Shown here in pieces: positions 1 through 14,765 of a stretch of DNA of 56,194 bases. The stretch comes from Octopus bimaculoides (Eukaryota), in the NCBI RefSeq assembly GCF_001194135.2, contig NC_068992.1, positions 65,839,270 to 65,895,463 of the forward strand. Direction: 5' to 3'. The notes under the pieces were generated by a model that was not told the origin of the DNA, ran no database searches, and saw nothing but the letters and a program-made list of their open reading frames with translations. The position numbers and the translations under genes were made by a program. How positions within the stretch are numbered: position 1 is the stretch's first letter; each line of letters starts with the position of its first letter.

Positions 1-49
1 TTTTACATTTATATTTTACTGAAAAATTTTTAAAAGGTAGACAGACCGA

Positions 50-136
50 TCGATCGATTGGTAGATAGATAGAGAGACAGAGAGGTATAGGCATACGTAC
101 ATACATACATACAGACAGACAGATAGACAGACAGAC

Positions 137-200
<64 letters not shown>

Positions 201-496
201 GGGCAGGTAGATAGGCAGGTAGACAGGCAGGTAGATAGATTGACGGATGAAAATTGCAGAAAGATAAAGAGAAAGCGGGAGAGGGAGGTGAGAGATATTG
301 ATAAAGAGACAGCGAGAGAGAAATAGATGTGAAGAAGCGAACTCCATAGGTGGATACAAATACTCATAGAGTCAAAGTTTAATAAAAATTCAGATGATTT
401 GGACGGTTCTAGGTAAGTGGTTAACGTGACATTGTGACCGCCAAAACTAAATATAGCTCTCTTAAAATGGCTGACAGACTTCCAAAGAGAGGTGAG

Positions 497-571
<75 letters not shown>

Positions 572-773
572 GCTCAATCGGTTTTTTTTTTTTTGAAACT
601 TTCATCTCGCTGTTGTTTTACTCGTTCATATTCCTCTTCTTATTGTTGTACTTTTTTGTTAATCTTATTCTTGTAATCATTGTTGTCGTTATCCGTTTTT
701 CTATCATTATAAGTCAAGCTGTGACAACTCTCACCCCTTCGCTCGTCTCAACCTCCTCCTCTTCTCTTTTCCC

Positions 774-809
<36 letters not shown>

Positions 810-1299
810 TCCATTTCTCTTCTATTTATCTTCCGTTCTGTCCAACTCATATCTATCTATCTCTCCCTCTCTTTCTCTCCCGCTCTATCACTTTATCTCC
901 CTATCTGTCGCTCTTTCTTTGTTTCTCACTCTCTGCATTAATCTATCATCTGTCTAACTATTTCTCTATCTATTTATACACCCACACCCACACACACATA
1001 TTTATATATGTATACTTGTTTATCTTTCTATAAATCTATTTATCTACCTGTCTCTCTATCTGTCTATCGATCAACGGGTCTATTATCTGCATATCTATCT
1101 ACCTGTATATTTATCTATCTACTGCTCTATCTATCCATTTATCTATCTATCCACCTATCTATCCATCCCTCTATCCGTCCCTCTATCCATCCCTCTATCT
1201 ATCTATCTATCCTTCTATCTATCTATCTATCTATCTATCCGTGTATCTGTCTGTCTATTTTTATCTTCCTCTTGTCCCACTCTACTTTCTTCGTTTATA

Positions 1300-1343
<44 letters not shown>

Positions 1344-1789
1344 CATTATTATTATTATCATCATCATTATTATTATTATTATCATCATCATTATTATTTT
1401 ATCATCATCATCATCATCATCACCATTATTATTATTATTATTATTATTCCCGTCCACTTCTGCTCCTCTCTTTCTCTTTCTCCTCCTTCTTTTCTTCCAC
1501 CTCCTCCTCCCCCTGCTCTGCCATCACCTCTTCTCCCCTATTCCTATTCTTATATTTGTACCTCTTCTTCATTCATTTCTTCCCCATTTTTGACATCGTC
1601 CTCCTCCGCCTCATCATCTTCATCATAATTAAACAAATAGACCAATCCTTCCCGCTACCTTCTCACCACAAAATTGCTACTATATTACAAGGAGGAAGAG
1701 GAAGAGGAAGAAGAGGTGGTGGTGGAGGTGGAGGAGGAGGAGGAAGTGATGATGATGTCACACGCGATGTTTATTATTATTATTATTAT

Positions 1790-1824
<35 letters not shown>

Positions 1825-2110
1825 TATGTTGATGATGAAGATGCTGATGATATTTAAGATGACAATGGTAATGATTATCATGGCGACAACATAGACACAC
1901 ACACATAAATCTACGAATATATAGGAATGCGTGTGATATCTGTGTGTATATGTGTATATGAATACATATCTATGTGGAGTCAAAAGTGAACTGCATCTTT
2001 CCCCCCTCTCCCTCACTCTCCCTCAATCTTCCTCTCCCTCTCTCTCTCCCTCTCTCTCTCCCTCACTCTCCTTCAATCTTCTTCTCCCTCTCTCTCTCTC
2101 CCTTCTCTGC
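50..2110. repeat. Compound simple-sequence block: (GATA)n, (CA)n, (CTTT)n, (CTAT)n, (ATT/ATC)n, (GGA/GGT)n, (TAG)n, (CT)n
   Basis: Directly visible; explains all ORFs predicted in this interval. Confidence 0.95.
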
Positions 2111-2544
2111 TTCCCCATTCCTTCCTGTCGTTCTCTTACCTTTATTACATGTCATTTAATTCTCCTGTGTTGTAGTTAGATCCTCGGTGATGTCATTATA
2201 ATATTTTATCATAATATTATTAATGATAAGATCTCATTATAATAATTTATTATAATAAGAGAATGAAGATTATCGTGAAAGGAATCATTTCTGAAAGCAG
2301 TTCAGATCGCTGCGTTACTTACAACGCTAATGTATGTCTAAAACTTATAGAACAAACCTTATAATATAAAGATCTGGAAATAGAGATAACCAAATTGCAA
2401 CATTTCTCTACAACCGAGAATTGCAAGTTATTGACGCTAAGGATTAATACCTTGAACAAGAAAGAACAAACGTTTTCCTCTTATTTATATGCGAGAAAAT
2501 CGAAATCACAATTTATTTAAACAATTTTTTTCCGATGCATTTAG

Positions 2545-2630
<86 letters not shown>

Positions 2631-3479
2631 CTATCTTCCCGCAGTTCAATACCATAATCAGAAATTGCACACACATGCAACCTTATGTGACTGCACAACT
2701 GACTCTCAATAAACTTCTCACTGATATTGGAAATAATTAAGTGTTTATGGCAATGAATATTCGGGGTTGAACGGTGACAAGATACAACTTGAAACGACAT
2801 TGCAAATTTAATTAATCCATTTTCAACTAATTACACCGCCTTTGATTAACGCGACCGTAATTTATCTTGATTCTCATCCGATAACATTTGTTATCTCTGC
2901 CTCTTAATTACCTTCCTTGTTTTTTATATTTAATTCCGTTTACAACTATTTCATCTGTTAATACGTAGATTATTTCCACGTTAGATTACGACGGTAACAC
3001 TTTAGTCTCATTTTTCCCCGAGAATAATCTCAATTTTAATTTAATTCCAGTTTATACGTTATGCCACTTTAATAACATTAAATAATCGTAATTTTCACCT
3101 ACAAAAATTCCTCCTTACAACTATTTATATCTCAAGTATTCCAGTATCTCACTTACTTACGTGGAGTTATATCGTAATGCATGTGCAACTAACATGTGAT
3201 CTGTTTCAGCCAATGAGACAACCGTGTTTCGGCGCCATTTGATTTTTAACTTGAACGTTGCTTTTGCCAAATGTTGCCATCATATGAAATGTACAGGAAT
3301 TGGCCACCCTGGGTAGCGATTTAAATGTTGTCCGCCAAATAAACACACACACACACACACACACACATACATATAGACATGTATATATATATACATATAT
3401 ATATATCTTGTCGATCACTACTAACACTAATGAGCTTTGTCCGTTCAAACAAATTGATACACAGTTTTAATATTTTTGA

Positions 3480-3628
3480 CTGTTATGAACATTTAAATTT
3501 GTCAACATCGAAACTTTTGAACATGTTTTTCTATTTCATAAATCTAAATTTGTCTGTTATGAACATTTAAATTTGTCAACATTGAAACATTTAAAGATGT
3601 TTTTTTCTAATTCATAATTCTAAAGTTT
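3480..3628. repeat. 74-bp tandem duplication (2 copies)
   Basis: CTGTTATGAACATTTAAATTTGTCAACAT(C/T)GAAAC... starts at 3480 and again at 3554. Confidence 0.85.
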
Positions 3629-4816
3629 TACCTTTGATAAACAAAAAATATGTTTGAAACTAGTTTGGTATATATGTAAATGAATTTCTTTGAAACAATT
3701 ACAAGGTTTTCAAATTTGTGTGCATTTTCAACAACAAATGAATCCTTTGCTGTCACCTCGCCTTCTAACAAAGATCAGATTGTTTTTTTACCTGAACATG
3801 AAAATTTAATTTTTAGAGAAATTAATCCTCAAATTCTTGAAATTATTTCACGTTTTTAAGAATCGTTCAGAAGTACTGCAATGATTTTGGAGACTTTTTA
3901 CACACTGAACTGCAGCATTCTTTAAAAATGAATAATATATCAGTAATATTTTGTTTTGAAACGTGGAATTTTATCACAAACAGGATCAGCAGCTAATCTC
4001 TCCATCGGTAGCAGTTCCATCCATTTCCAATGACTTCATTTTTTTTCTTTCACGTTTGTTCCTTTGCCTCCGAGTATCATCAAAGTGATAACAATAAAGA
4101 ATATCTTCAAAATAAATCAAAATAAACAAAAATAGATTAATGGTGATTTGTTCAACTTCATTAACGATAATATCAGCCATTGAATATATTTTGGGAGGAT
4201 AACTTCTAAGATTTTTTTACCATTTTATTCCCAATCTTCAATGGACAGCCGAATCTATTTTGGCAGCCATTACTAATGTCTCTTACAAGCCAATAGATAT
4301 ATGGGTTAAGGGTGGCGTATAATGAAATGAACTCGCGCACACATGCAAACACACACAGAGACACATACACGCTTTCACAGACATACACACACACGTACAC
4401 ACACTCGTATACTCACACAGTCATACACATAAACATGTACACGAACACACATGGGTAGTCGCTAAAGAAAATGGCGGAAGGAGTATGAAATCTTGCTATT
4501 CAAAGTTTTTCTTAAGAATGAGATAACGGCACATTATAGATCAGCAGTTAATAAACGTCTTTAATTAAACAGCGATATCAATTAAGGCTGATCACTCTTA
4601 TCAATTTCAGTGTCAGATATATAAAGGAGTTGCGGCGTTCCCAATCACATAAACGACTGAGGTAAACATACTGTAAAAAGAAACCGAAACCCTTTTCAGT
4701 GAATTGCAGTTATTTTACATCTCTTACTACCACTCTCTCACAGACCCTTTCTCTCCTTCTCTTCCGCTCTCTTCCACCCTCTCTGTCATCCTTCTCCTCA
4801 TCTTTCGTCCTTTTTC

Positions 4817-4854
<38 letters not shown>

Positions 4855-5103
4855 TTTCACTCTCTCCCTCTCTTTAATTATTTTTCTGTCTCACTCTCTA
4901 TTTATCTTTATCAAATCAATCTACACCATATCTACCTTCGTATCTCTTCTCTTTCGGTAGACATACGTTATTTATATCCAATGTCGTATATGACATCACA
5001 TCTCAGATATCTATTTAGATTTCAAAACGCATTACTCTTCTCTGATTCTCCTTTTCTTTCACTCTACCTCTCGCTCTCACACTCTCTCACTCTTTCTCTG
5101 TTC

Positions 5104-5175
<72 letters not shown>

Positions 5176-6072
5176 NNNNNNNNNNNNNNNNNNNNNNNNN
5201 NNNNNNNNNNNNNNNNNNNNNNNNNNNNNNNNNNNNNNNNNNNNNNNNNNNNNNNNNNNNNNNNNNNNNNNNNNNNNNNNNNNNNNNNNNNNNNNNNNNN
5301 NNNNNNNNNNNNNNNNNNNNNNNNNNNNNNNNNNNNNNNNNNNNNNNNNNNNNNNNNNNNNNNNNNNNNNNNNNNNNNNNNNNNNNNNNNNNNNNNNNNN
5401 NNNNNNNNNNNNNNNNNNNNNNNNNNNNNNNNNNNNNNNNNNNNNNNNNNNNNNNNNNNNNNNNNNNNNNNNNNNNNNNNNNNNNNNNNNNNNNNNNNNN
5501 NNNNNNNNNNNNNNNNNNNNNNNNNNNNNNNNNNNNNNNNNNNNNNNNNNNNNNNNTATATATATATATATATATATATATATGACCAAATAAGGGAAAG
5601 TTTCAAAACCTGTACTCAGTACAGGACTATAAGCGAAATAGAAAATGATGCGTAAATTTTTACAAGATTTCATTTCATATTTATTTTATCGCAGATCTAA
5701 ACTACGATCTGAAAATTCATATTTGAGCCTAAATACAAAGTTATACATATCTATACATACATACATACATACATACATTCATACATATATGTATGTTTGT
5801 ATGTATGCATGTACGTACTCAAATACGTACATATATGAACATACATATATATTATGCATAAATGTATAAACACACACATATATATGAATATCTATATACT
5901 TTCAAATAAATATGTTTGCGTCTGTTTTTATACATATACATATATATATATATGTATATATATGTAGGGTCAGTATATATATATATATATATNNNNNNNN
6001 NNNNNNNNNNNNNNNNNNNNNNNNNNNNNNNNNNNNNNNNNNNNNNNNNNNNNNNNNNNNNNTGTAGGGTCA

Positions 6073-6134
<62 letters not shown>

Positions 6135-6548
6135 CGTATTATTGGCAGATTTGACATATATAAAGTTGTATAATGATATATTGAATATTTCATATCACCT
6201 AGCATTCTCCAGTATTATCCAGACTGAATCTATCGTATATATAACATCTCTCCCTACCCCCACCATTGTCTCTCCTCTTCATCCTCTGCATCGTCAGCTT
6301 TTCTTCTTTTTCAATGAAATTCCTCCTCTCCACCCATCCATCTTCCTTCTACTCTTTCAACCAGACAGATATGACTGCACGCTTCATCTATTATTCACCT
6401 CTATATTCGTTTGCAATTTTAAGTGAATGTAGCTAAAACGTCTATATTACCTACCACCTGTCCAAAATATACTTGCAGATAGCTGCAAGGGAATGGCTCC
6501 ATCCGAACTGAACCTCCATATTCCTTCTCATTTCATATAAGAAGTCTA

Positions 6549-6639
<91 letters not shown>

Positions 6640-7419
6640 TCGCGCGCGCGCATAACTAATTTGGCTTCGAGTTTCCCGCAGTCTAAGGTATCTAGAGGTC
6701 CGCAATTTCCTGTAATAGGGTGACATTGAGAAAAAGGGCAGAGTTCACCGTCGCCGCTAAACATGCCATTCGAGCTGGAGCCTCGATTTCGTTTCAGTCT
6801 GTTTCCTGTCGTTCATGTTATTGAAATATTTCAGAAAAGTATAATACTTTCATTATTATTACCTGAGAGAAATTGTAATAACCACACAGTATAATTTTGT
6901 CACTTATGAATCTCAAGTCTCTTTTAACCTGCTTCAGAAATTATTGTTAGCATTCTCATAAAATCTTATGCATGCAGGTAGTATGTTATCAGCAAACGAA
7001 AACAAGAAGCACAGCCGGTTGCCTAATTCCCAATGCTTTTTGTAGCCATTGCGTTGTCACTGGCGTTGCTTAATGTATTCAACCAAGACATGTCTCAGTT
7101 CACATATTCTTTTTTCGTCTGAATCTGTAAATATGCTGATAGTTGTTATAAGAAATGCTTGAACATCACGTATCACTCTTTTAAAACTGACTTCTATAAA
7201 TTAGGAGTCAAATAGGAGTATATAAAGATTGTATGATGAGGGATAAGTGGGAAAGGGAAGCACTCGATATATTTAATGACTGTCATATCGAACACGAATT
7301 AGAGTGCGTTTTAAAGTTTGTTTTCTAGACAAGTGACAATGGTTTCTGATTTGAGCACAAATCCAACAATTTAAAAAAAAAAAGAGTTAACCAATGGCAT
7401 TAACCTCCATATTTCATCG

Positions 7420-7752
7420 ACTCCACAAGTATGAAAAGTAAAGTTGTCTTCGGTAGGATTCGAAATCAGAGCTTAAAAATCCAGAAGAAATACCTCGACG
7501 TATTTTCATCAATGTTCTAACGACTTTGCCAATTCGCCGCTCTTAATTGATAATTTGTCATTGAAGCACAAGGCCAGTAAGTTTGACGGTAAGGAGACAA
7601 GTCGGTAACCTCGGCCCTCGACATTTGATTCGTACGTTATTTTACCGATACCCGACGGAAAGAGGCAAAGTAGACGTCGTTGGGACTTGAACTCAGAACG
7701 TAATTAGCCGCAGAACATTTCTTTGACTCTCTAACTCTGCCAGCTCACTGCC
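7420..7752 (-). mobile_element. Two older degraded copies of the same SINE family in tandem
   Basis: Diverged matches to the motifs CGAC..CG..AGGATGAAAGGCAAAGT, TTTGAACTCAGAACGTA and CTAAC..T.TGCCA.TC.C.GC at ~7420-7540 and ~7560-7752. Confidence 0.7.
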
Positions 7753-7769
7753 TGATTTCCTATTGACAA

Positions 7770-7994
7770 CATTCTTTTCTACTCTAAGCACAAGGCCCGA
7801 AATTTGGGGGGAGGGGGAGGGGGCCAGTCGATTATATAGACCCCAGTATGCAACTGGTACTTAATTTATCGACCCCGAAAGGATGAAAGGCAAAGTCGAC
7901 CTCGGCGGAATTTGAACTCAGAACGTATCGACGGACGAAATACCGCAAAGCATTTCGTCCGGCGTGCTAACCACTCTGCCAGTTCTCCGCCTTC
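7770..7994 (-). mobile_element. Full-length tRNA-derived octopus-type SINE with 12-bp TSD
   Basis: Reverse complement begins GGCGGAGAACTGGCAGAGTGGTTAGCACGCCGGACG...GTTCTGAGTTCAAATTCCGCCGAGGTCGAC (A/B-box head) and ends ...GGGCCTTGTGCTTAGAGTAGAAAAGAAT. Direct repeat TCCTATTGACAA at 7758-7769 and 7995-8006. Confidence 0.9.
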
Positions 7995-9221
7995 TCCTAT
8001 TGACAATCTTAGTAACAGAATTTTTCTATGTGGTAGAGTAACAGAGACAGATGCACCAGGATTAACTAATAAGAGACCCGCTTCTAATCTCAGATAAAAA
8101 TCTTTTACTTCGGTTACATGTTTAGGAAGGGGATGAAAAAGGGGTCTTTTGGAATCATTTGATATGCTCCCCCCATCCGCCTCTAATGAGACACTATCAA
8201 ATTAAGTTACAATTATCGTGGCAGGAAGATAATCAACGATAATAACAACGGTTCAGCGACGGAGCCACTATGTGGTCATTCGTTCTGCTAAAAATATCAG
8301 TCAAACCACCTTGAAATTACACATTAGGAAATACAGTAAAAATTGTTCTGGTGATAAACCTGTCAATTCAGAATTTTACCTGGAGCTAAATATCGATATC
8401 GATCTGTCTCAGTATAAAACGTCATTGCTTTTTGTCTTGCGAAACATAAATTATTGTTTAGTGAGTTGCAAACATTGATGGGAGAGTTTTTGTGGCCCCA
8501 TTATAGATGGCTTGTAGCAATTATCCTTACTGATCACATTTAGAAAGGGATGCCTATCACAGTATCGAACCTGGAAGAAATGAACGACACAAAATCTCCA
8601 AGACTTCCTTCTCTTTTCATATGCAGCTTCTCTGTTTTAGTCAAGAAGTTATTCAGCCCGGAAAAACTTCAACATCAGATTTTTTTTTTTTTCTTTTCAG
8701 TTTTCTCGTCTTTAGCGATTTATGACCTTGAGCATATTCACATACATTTATATACAAATGCGCGCGCACAAAAACACGTAAAAAAATTTTTTCATTCGAT
8801 CAGACGTTGGGAAGCAACGAATCTATGAATGGCTTTCGATTTTCTTTCTGCTCCCGGCAAAGAGAATGAAGGCCAGTTTGACCTCCTCCGTTCCAATGAA
8901 CTGCAGATAAACCATCTCAGACTTCAGGATGATCGATGTAAAGAAAACCATATCATTTTGATTTAAATCTAACAGAAACAAGAAAAACAAGGATTTCTCT
9001 TGGCGAGGCACAAGGTCAATATATAGCAATCTACAGCCAGATGCAACGGATGAAGTCGCCAATTGTATAACGCTCTATGCATACGTTACTGACCCCAGAG
9101 GCTAGGTCTTCCTCGGTTCACTGGTTCTATATTTTATTGTTTCATTACTAGAACCCAAAGGGAAAGGACGTAATATTAATGGATTAGGTCCTTGCTCCAC
9201 TGTGGTTTTTAGAATATCTCA

Positions 9222-9233
9222 GTAATAATAATG

Positions 9234-9297
<64 letters not shown>

Positions 9298-9307
9298 GAA
9301 GAAGAAG

Positions 9308-9344
<37 letters not shown>

Positions 9345-9380
9345 GCAACAACAACAACAACAAAAACAACAACAACAATA
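9222..9380. repeat. Compound trinucleotide run (AAT)n-(AAG)n-(AAC)n
   Basis: Directly visible. Confidence 0.95.
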
Positions 9381-9522
9381 CCAATGTATTGAATATTCAG
9401 GAGGTTTTGAGCAATAAATCATATTTATGACAGGAGTTGGTGAAACAGTCAGATCGATTAATTCACATTTACTAAAGTTTTTGAGTAAATAGTGAATAAT
9501 GTATTAATGTATATATGCAGAA

Positions 9523-9560
<38 letters not shown>

Positions 9561-10184
9561 TCGTATAACTATATATTCATTTATGTATCATACTAAATAT
9601 AAATACGTCACTGAAAGGCAAAATTTACTGCGGTATTCGTCGAATAGGCGCGCTGTATTTAAAAACAGAATATATATTGGAGGTAGACAGAACTCCTGTC
9701 TATGGCGAGTGAGAACGTTAGATTTATTTCTTCTTCGGTAGACGTTGTTAATAACGTGTACCCTCAGCCAACATGCTTGGACAATATCCAACCTCCCGCC
9801 GTTATGTGTGTTTAAACACAAGGTGTCCTTAAGAGGCACTATCAGGCGAATACTGCAGTAAATTTTTTTCTCACATTACGTGACGGATTTACGTGAATCT
9901 TGGTACGTAAACGATTGTTTTAATCTAATGCTGCTACTGCTCATATAAGGAATGTAGGAGAAATTAAGATAAGGTCAGGTTTATATATTAGTCCCAACGT
10001 ACGTTTCGCTGCGGGGGCAGACTGGAATATGATAATCTACAAAGATCTCTAAACACAATAACCAGTTGTACATCTGTTCGTATACGCAAGATATCATTTC
10101 ATTATTATATGCAAACCCCGACACTTTATGTCCGTCTCTGTATTGTCCCCCTCACCTTTCGCCCTCGTGGCAAATAAATGAAAG

Positions 10185-10482
<298 letters not shown>

Positions 10483-11482
10483 TAAGAATGTATGTGTATC
10501 TGTAGCTACGTACGTATGTGGATAAATTAGATGCAAATCAACATATATGTGAGAGTGTGTTTCTATATTCAAACGTCATTGTTTGTCGATAAAAATGAAA
10601 AACAATTGTTAAAAAAATACTTGTTTAGAAAATATTGTTTATTTAAAAACAATTCTCTGTTTCTTTTCCATTTTCTTATTTTTTTTTTTTTTTACATAGC
10701 TCGAGTTTCTTGCTCCTGGCATCATCATACATAAACTTTCACCTTTAAATATTTCAACCGGTTTTCTAGATTCTGTTGTGAGTTCGTTCTTCTATTTAAC
10801 GTGATCATTGTTTCGTTTCTAAGGTCATTTTGTTATGGTTTTATTAAAGCAATGCCGGAGGATTTCGTCCTTTCATTTGCCATTTCACTGCTTGTTCCAC
10901 ACATTATTAGTCAGCTTCGCTGTTGATTATCTCTGAATAGTTTTTCCAATTCTGTTTTCGTAAAATTGTTAGCTTTTTTTTTCTTCTTAATTCTTTATCA
11001 GCAACGTTTGCCATTGGCTGATTCATCCATATCTATTTTCTCTTCTCCGAGAGAAAGAAAGGTGAGAATATGGAAGAGAGGGAAGAAGAGATAAAATAAA
11101 GAGGCAGTATGACTGCTGATATCGATGAATGCTTGTAGTTCGTTCTACTAGGAAGTAGTGTGTGAAGTGTATTCTGTCCAATAAGATTAAAACCAGTCAA
11201 ACTATTAACTTTGTAGTTCGGTTGGATGGCGATTCGTGACACACAGAAAACTCCGATATAAAGCTAACGTCTCACAAACACGCACACACATATACATACA
11301 TTCACACACAGGCACACATAGACATATATACAGACATTCACACACAGGCATATACATACACATACATAAACACGCCCATGTATACACATACATTCATATA
11401 CACATACACACATGAACGTACGTAGATTGATATTGGTTTGCATCCCAAGAACATTAACTGGAACTATAGACTCCCCAACGTG

Positions 11483-11518
<36 letters not shown>

Positions 11519-11745
11519 TATACGTTTATATACACATACACACTAACACACACTAACACACATACATACATGTGTGCTCATGTGTGCGTGCCATTCTCTC
11601 TGTACATGTGTTTGCGTGCGTGTGTGTCTGTAATTGTGTGTCTCCGTTTGAACCAAGTGAGGCATTGTCCTTTCCGCAACGGAACACATCAAAAGTTCAA
11701 AACTGCCACCGACATCGTCCATCGATTAAAATTTCCAAAACCATA

Positions 11746-11786
<41 letters not shown>

Positions 11787-14574
11787 AAAGACGATGATGA
11801 GGAAAATAATAATAGTAATAATAATTCGTAAATACTTGCATGCAAATATGTATGAGGTTATACATTCATGAACGGTCTATATAAGCTTCTCAAAACCAGA
11901 AAGGAGAAAGCTGATTCGAAGGCTACATCTAGACATGCTGATATAGGTTAGAGTGTTTTAGTGATGCAGAACATTTGGAGCGATCATGGGGTCTGTAGTT
12001 ACGTCTGACTCATAATTAACGAGCGTCGTTCTATTGTGTTTCCTTGCAATGGGTAGTGTTTGTATTTTTCTTATTTACTGACAGAGACAAGAGCGGTTTT
12101 TTTTGCCTCATTGCTGGACGATTTCGGAGACTATTCTCATGAAATCAGTGCAGGTTTGATGTAAGATTTTAGGCAGTGAATAAATAAAATATGGCTGGGG
12201 AATATTAGTGAGGAATTTAAGGTAACAATAACTGAGAATGCAAGAATATTACCACTATTTGGATATCTTCTAACCGCACAGTAATCAGCTATTTATCTTG
12301 ATAAGATTTCAAAACATTGTGGGTTTCACTGAGAAACAATTGATCCGAAACATATCTGATAGAAGATATACAATTATTCTTCTGTTATTCCATAGATAAG
12401 ACATTGGAATACTTCAAGGTCTGAAGCAACTTTCTGCCGAATGAATTCTTCTGTCTCATGGGAAGTAAATTTATGGATATATTTGTCTCTGCCCGTTATT
12501 TCACGAGAACGCAGTTCCATTGATTAGGTCAACTGATCACACGTCATCGAGACCGATGCAGCTCCAGTTTTTTATTCGGCCTTCGCCCTTTCATTGACAA
12601 AAGATTTATTTAGACTGAAAACTTTGTTAATTTTTCTTTCAGTTACTTTTTTCGGATGATGGAGTTCTTTACTTTTGCTCGTTTGACAATGATACATTCA
12701 TATTGAAATGTTCTTTTGCAAAATCTCCTTAAAATTTTCAGATTTTCTTTACCAAATTTTATTGGTAACGAAAGAACTTTTTTATCTGATATCTGATGCT
12801 TATCGCTGCAGAACTAATAGTTTCCATTTATCAGCCATCATTATTTTCCGTTTTTCAAATTCACGTCAGCATTATTTTTGTTGTTTTCTCTTTACTGATT
12901 TCTGTATTGTCTTCGAGTGAGTTCTTAACAATTGTACAGAACATATATGTGTGTATGTGTGTATGTGTGTATGTGTGTATGTGCATTTGTGTGAGTTTGG
13001 GAGGCGTGTGTGTTTGTGTGAGTTTGAATGTATGTCACTGTTGACTTCTGTAGTTATTATCTTCGAGTTCGTTTTAAACCATTGTAAAGAGGTAATACAT
13101 GCAAACACACACAAATACATAAGGGTGTGTGTGTATGTGTGTGTATGTGTGTGGGGGGAAACGCGCGCGAATCGTGCATGAATTAGGAAAGGGCGGCAAG
13201 TGGAATATTGTTAATAGAATTCCAAGACTTCACCTTTTGACTATTCTTTATAGTCTATATACGGTAAAGGCATAAAATTCTATTTACAATAAATATATAT
13301 ATATATATCATATCATATCATATCATATTTTTTAATATTTCACTTGGGTATAACGATACTAATAAGCTGGTGCAAGAACTGAATACAGATATTCTTCAGA
13401 AACTTGCGTTATTCGAGTATAGAGCGAAAATGCCAAGGAAACTAGCAGTCAAGGACATATATATGTATATGTATATAGAGAGTGACAGACATATAGATAG
13501 ATATACACACATACATACACACACAAACACAAGTACATATAATGTAAAGAGGAGTTTATTAATTTCAATGTTTTACCTCGCAGTGGAATTTTAATAACGA
13601 AATAATGATTTTTAGAAACAATGCATTAAAAATACATTGCAATTCTTCATATTATTCCTGCTGATAATGGAATTATTTCGTGGCTATTAGTATTGTCAAC
13701 GGAAGTGAGCGGTGGACGATCAACATCGTGGACTTTCATCTGTTGTCACATGTTGGTGACGTCATGTGTATTCGCGGAATACATCCGTTCACTGCTATTT
13801 GTAGTCAGGTGTATCTTTTGAAAATGAAATCAATATTAGAATCAACAACTTTCCCTTACATTCAACAAATGTGACTTGCTTGCGTAATTGTTTCTCCGTA
13901 AAATAATTTAACTTTCGGTGGAGTTTGTCCCAATATAATTTCATTCTTATTCATGCGACACGCAGAGGGATCTCCGTATCGCCATTTTTGAAAGAAATAA
14001 CAAAAGAATGTCATTATTGACTCCACAATCCCAAGAAATTATTTACAATGTATGTCTTCTATAATTCGTACAATTGTATTTCCATTTTCGATATTGTTTT
14101 TCTTTCGTTCTTCACTAGTTTTGCTGCTGCTGTCGTGTATAGCCATATTGTTAGCAGGAAATCTATATTTGGTGGAATCGGGGTTCAGACGAATATCACT
14201 AGGCAATCGAATGAAACGTTTCTTCGATGAATTTGTGGAAAGGAATAAATTTATTTAACAAAACTGACGTTTGTAGCATTCAAGTTTCAGATAGTATTGA
14301 TCGGAAGTTCATAGTATGTCACGCCAATGTTATTCACACCTGAACCTTAACGGATGTGTATGCATATATGTGTGTATGTTCTTTTCTGTTTTCAACTATC
14401 TGGTTCCTTCCTCTTAGGATGGAGCTACTTTCTAATAATAATACAAAGCTCCATCGTTGGATTATGGATAACAAAAACAAATTAGGGGTTGAGGGATCCG
14501 GTTCACGGTCTTACGGTTGTGAGGGAAATTCCTGACAGTGCGATGCACTAGTTCATTCAGCTGGCAGAAGTGAA

Positions 14575-14765
14575 TTGTTCCGGTAATTCACTGGACCAGC
14601 CTTGGTACTTTGAATTACGCCGAATCTCGCTGAGTACTACGTTAAGGTTATGCGCGTCTGTGGAGTCCTCAGCCACTTGGACGTTAATTACAAAAGCAGG
14701 CTGTTCGGTTGATGGAATGAGCTTGAACCCTCGTCGTCGAAACCGACGGAGTACCAGTTATATCT
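14575..14765. mobile_element. Dispersed repeat, diverged copy at ~39985-40170
   Basis: Shared order of motifs: ...ACAGG.TGTTC(G/A)..TGAT...CCCTCGTCGTCGAAACCGACGGAGTACCA versus ...ACAGGTTGTTCGATTAGTTC...TTCATCGCCGAAACTGACGGAGAATCCA. Confidence 0.55.

Noticed and set aside
5960-6080. Direct repeat TGTAGGGTCA on both sides of a gap (similarly TACGG around 28586/28975)
   Set aside because: Most likely overlapping contig ends duplicated by scaffolding.
7057-7124. Minus-strand terminal-exon candidate (DSDEKRICELRHVLVEYIKQRQ*)
   Set aside because: Modest acceptor, no recognised homology, no supportable upstream partner exon.
14037-14250. Minus-strand open frame SSKKRFIRLPSDIRLNPDSTKYRFPANN...HCK*
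   Set aside because: No start codon until late and no homology; overlaps and competes with the plus-strand candidate exon, so it cannot be decided from sequence.
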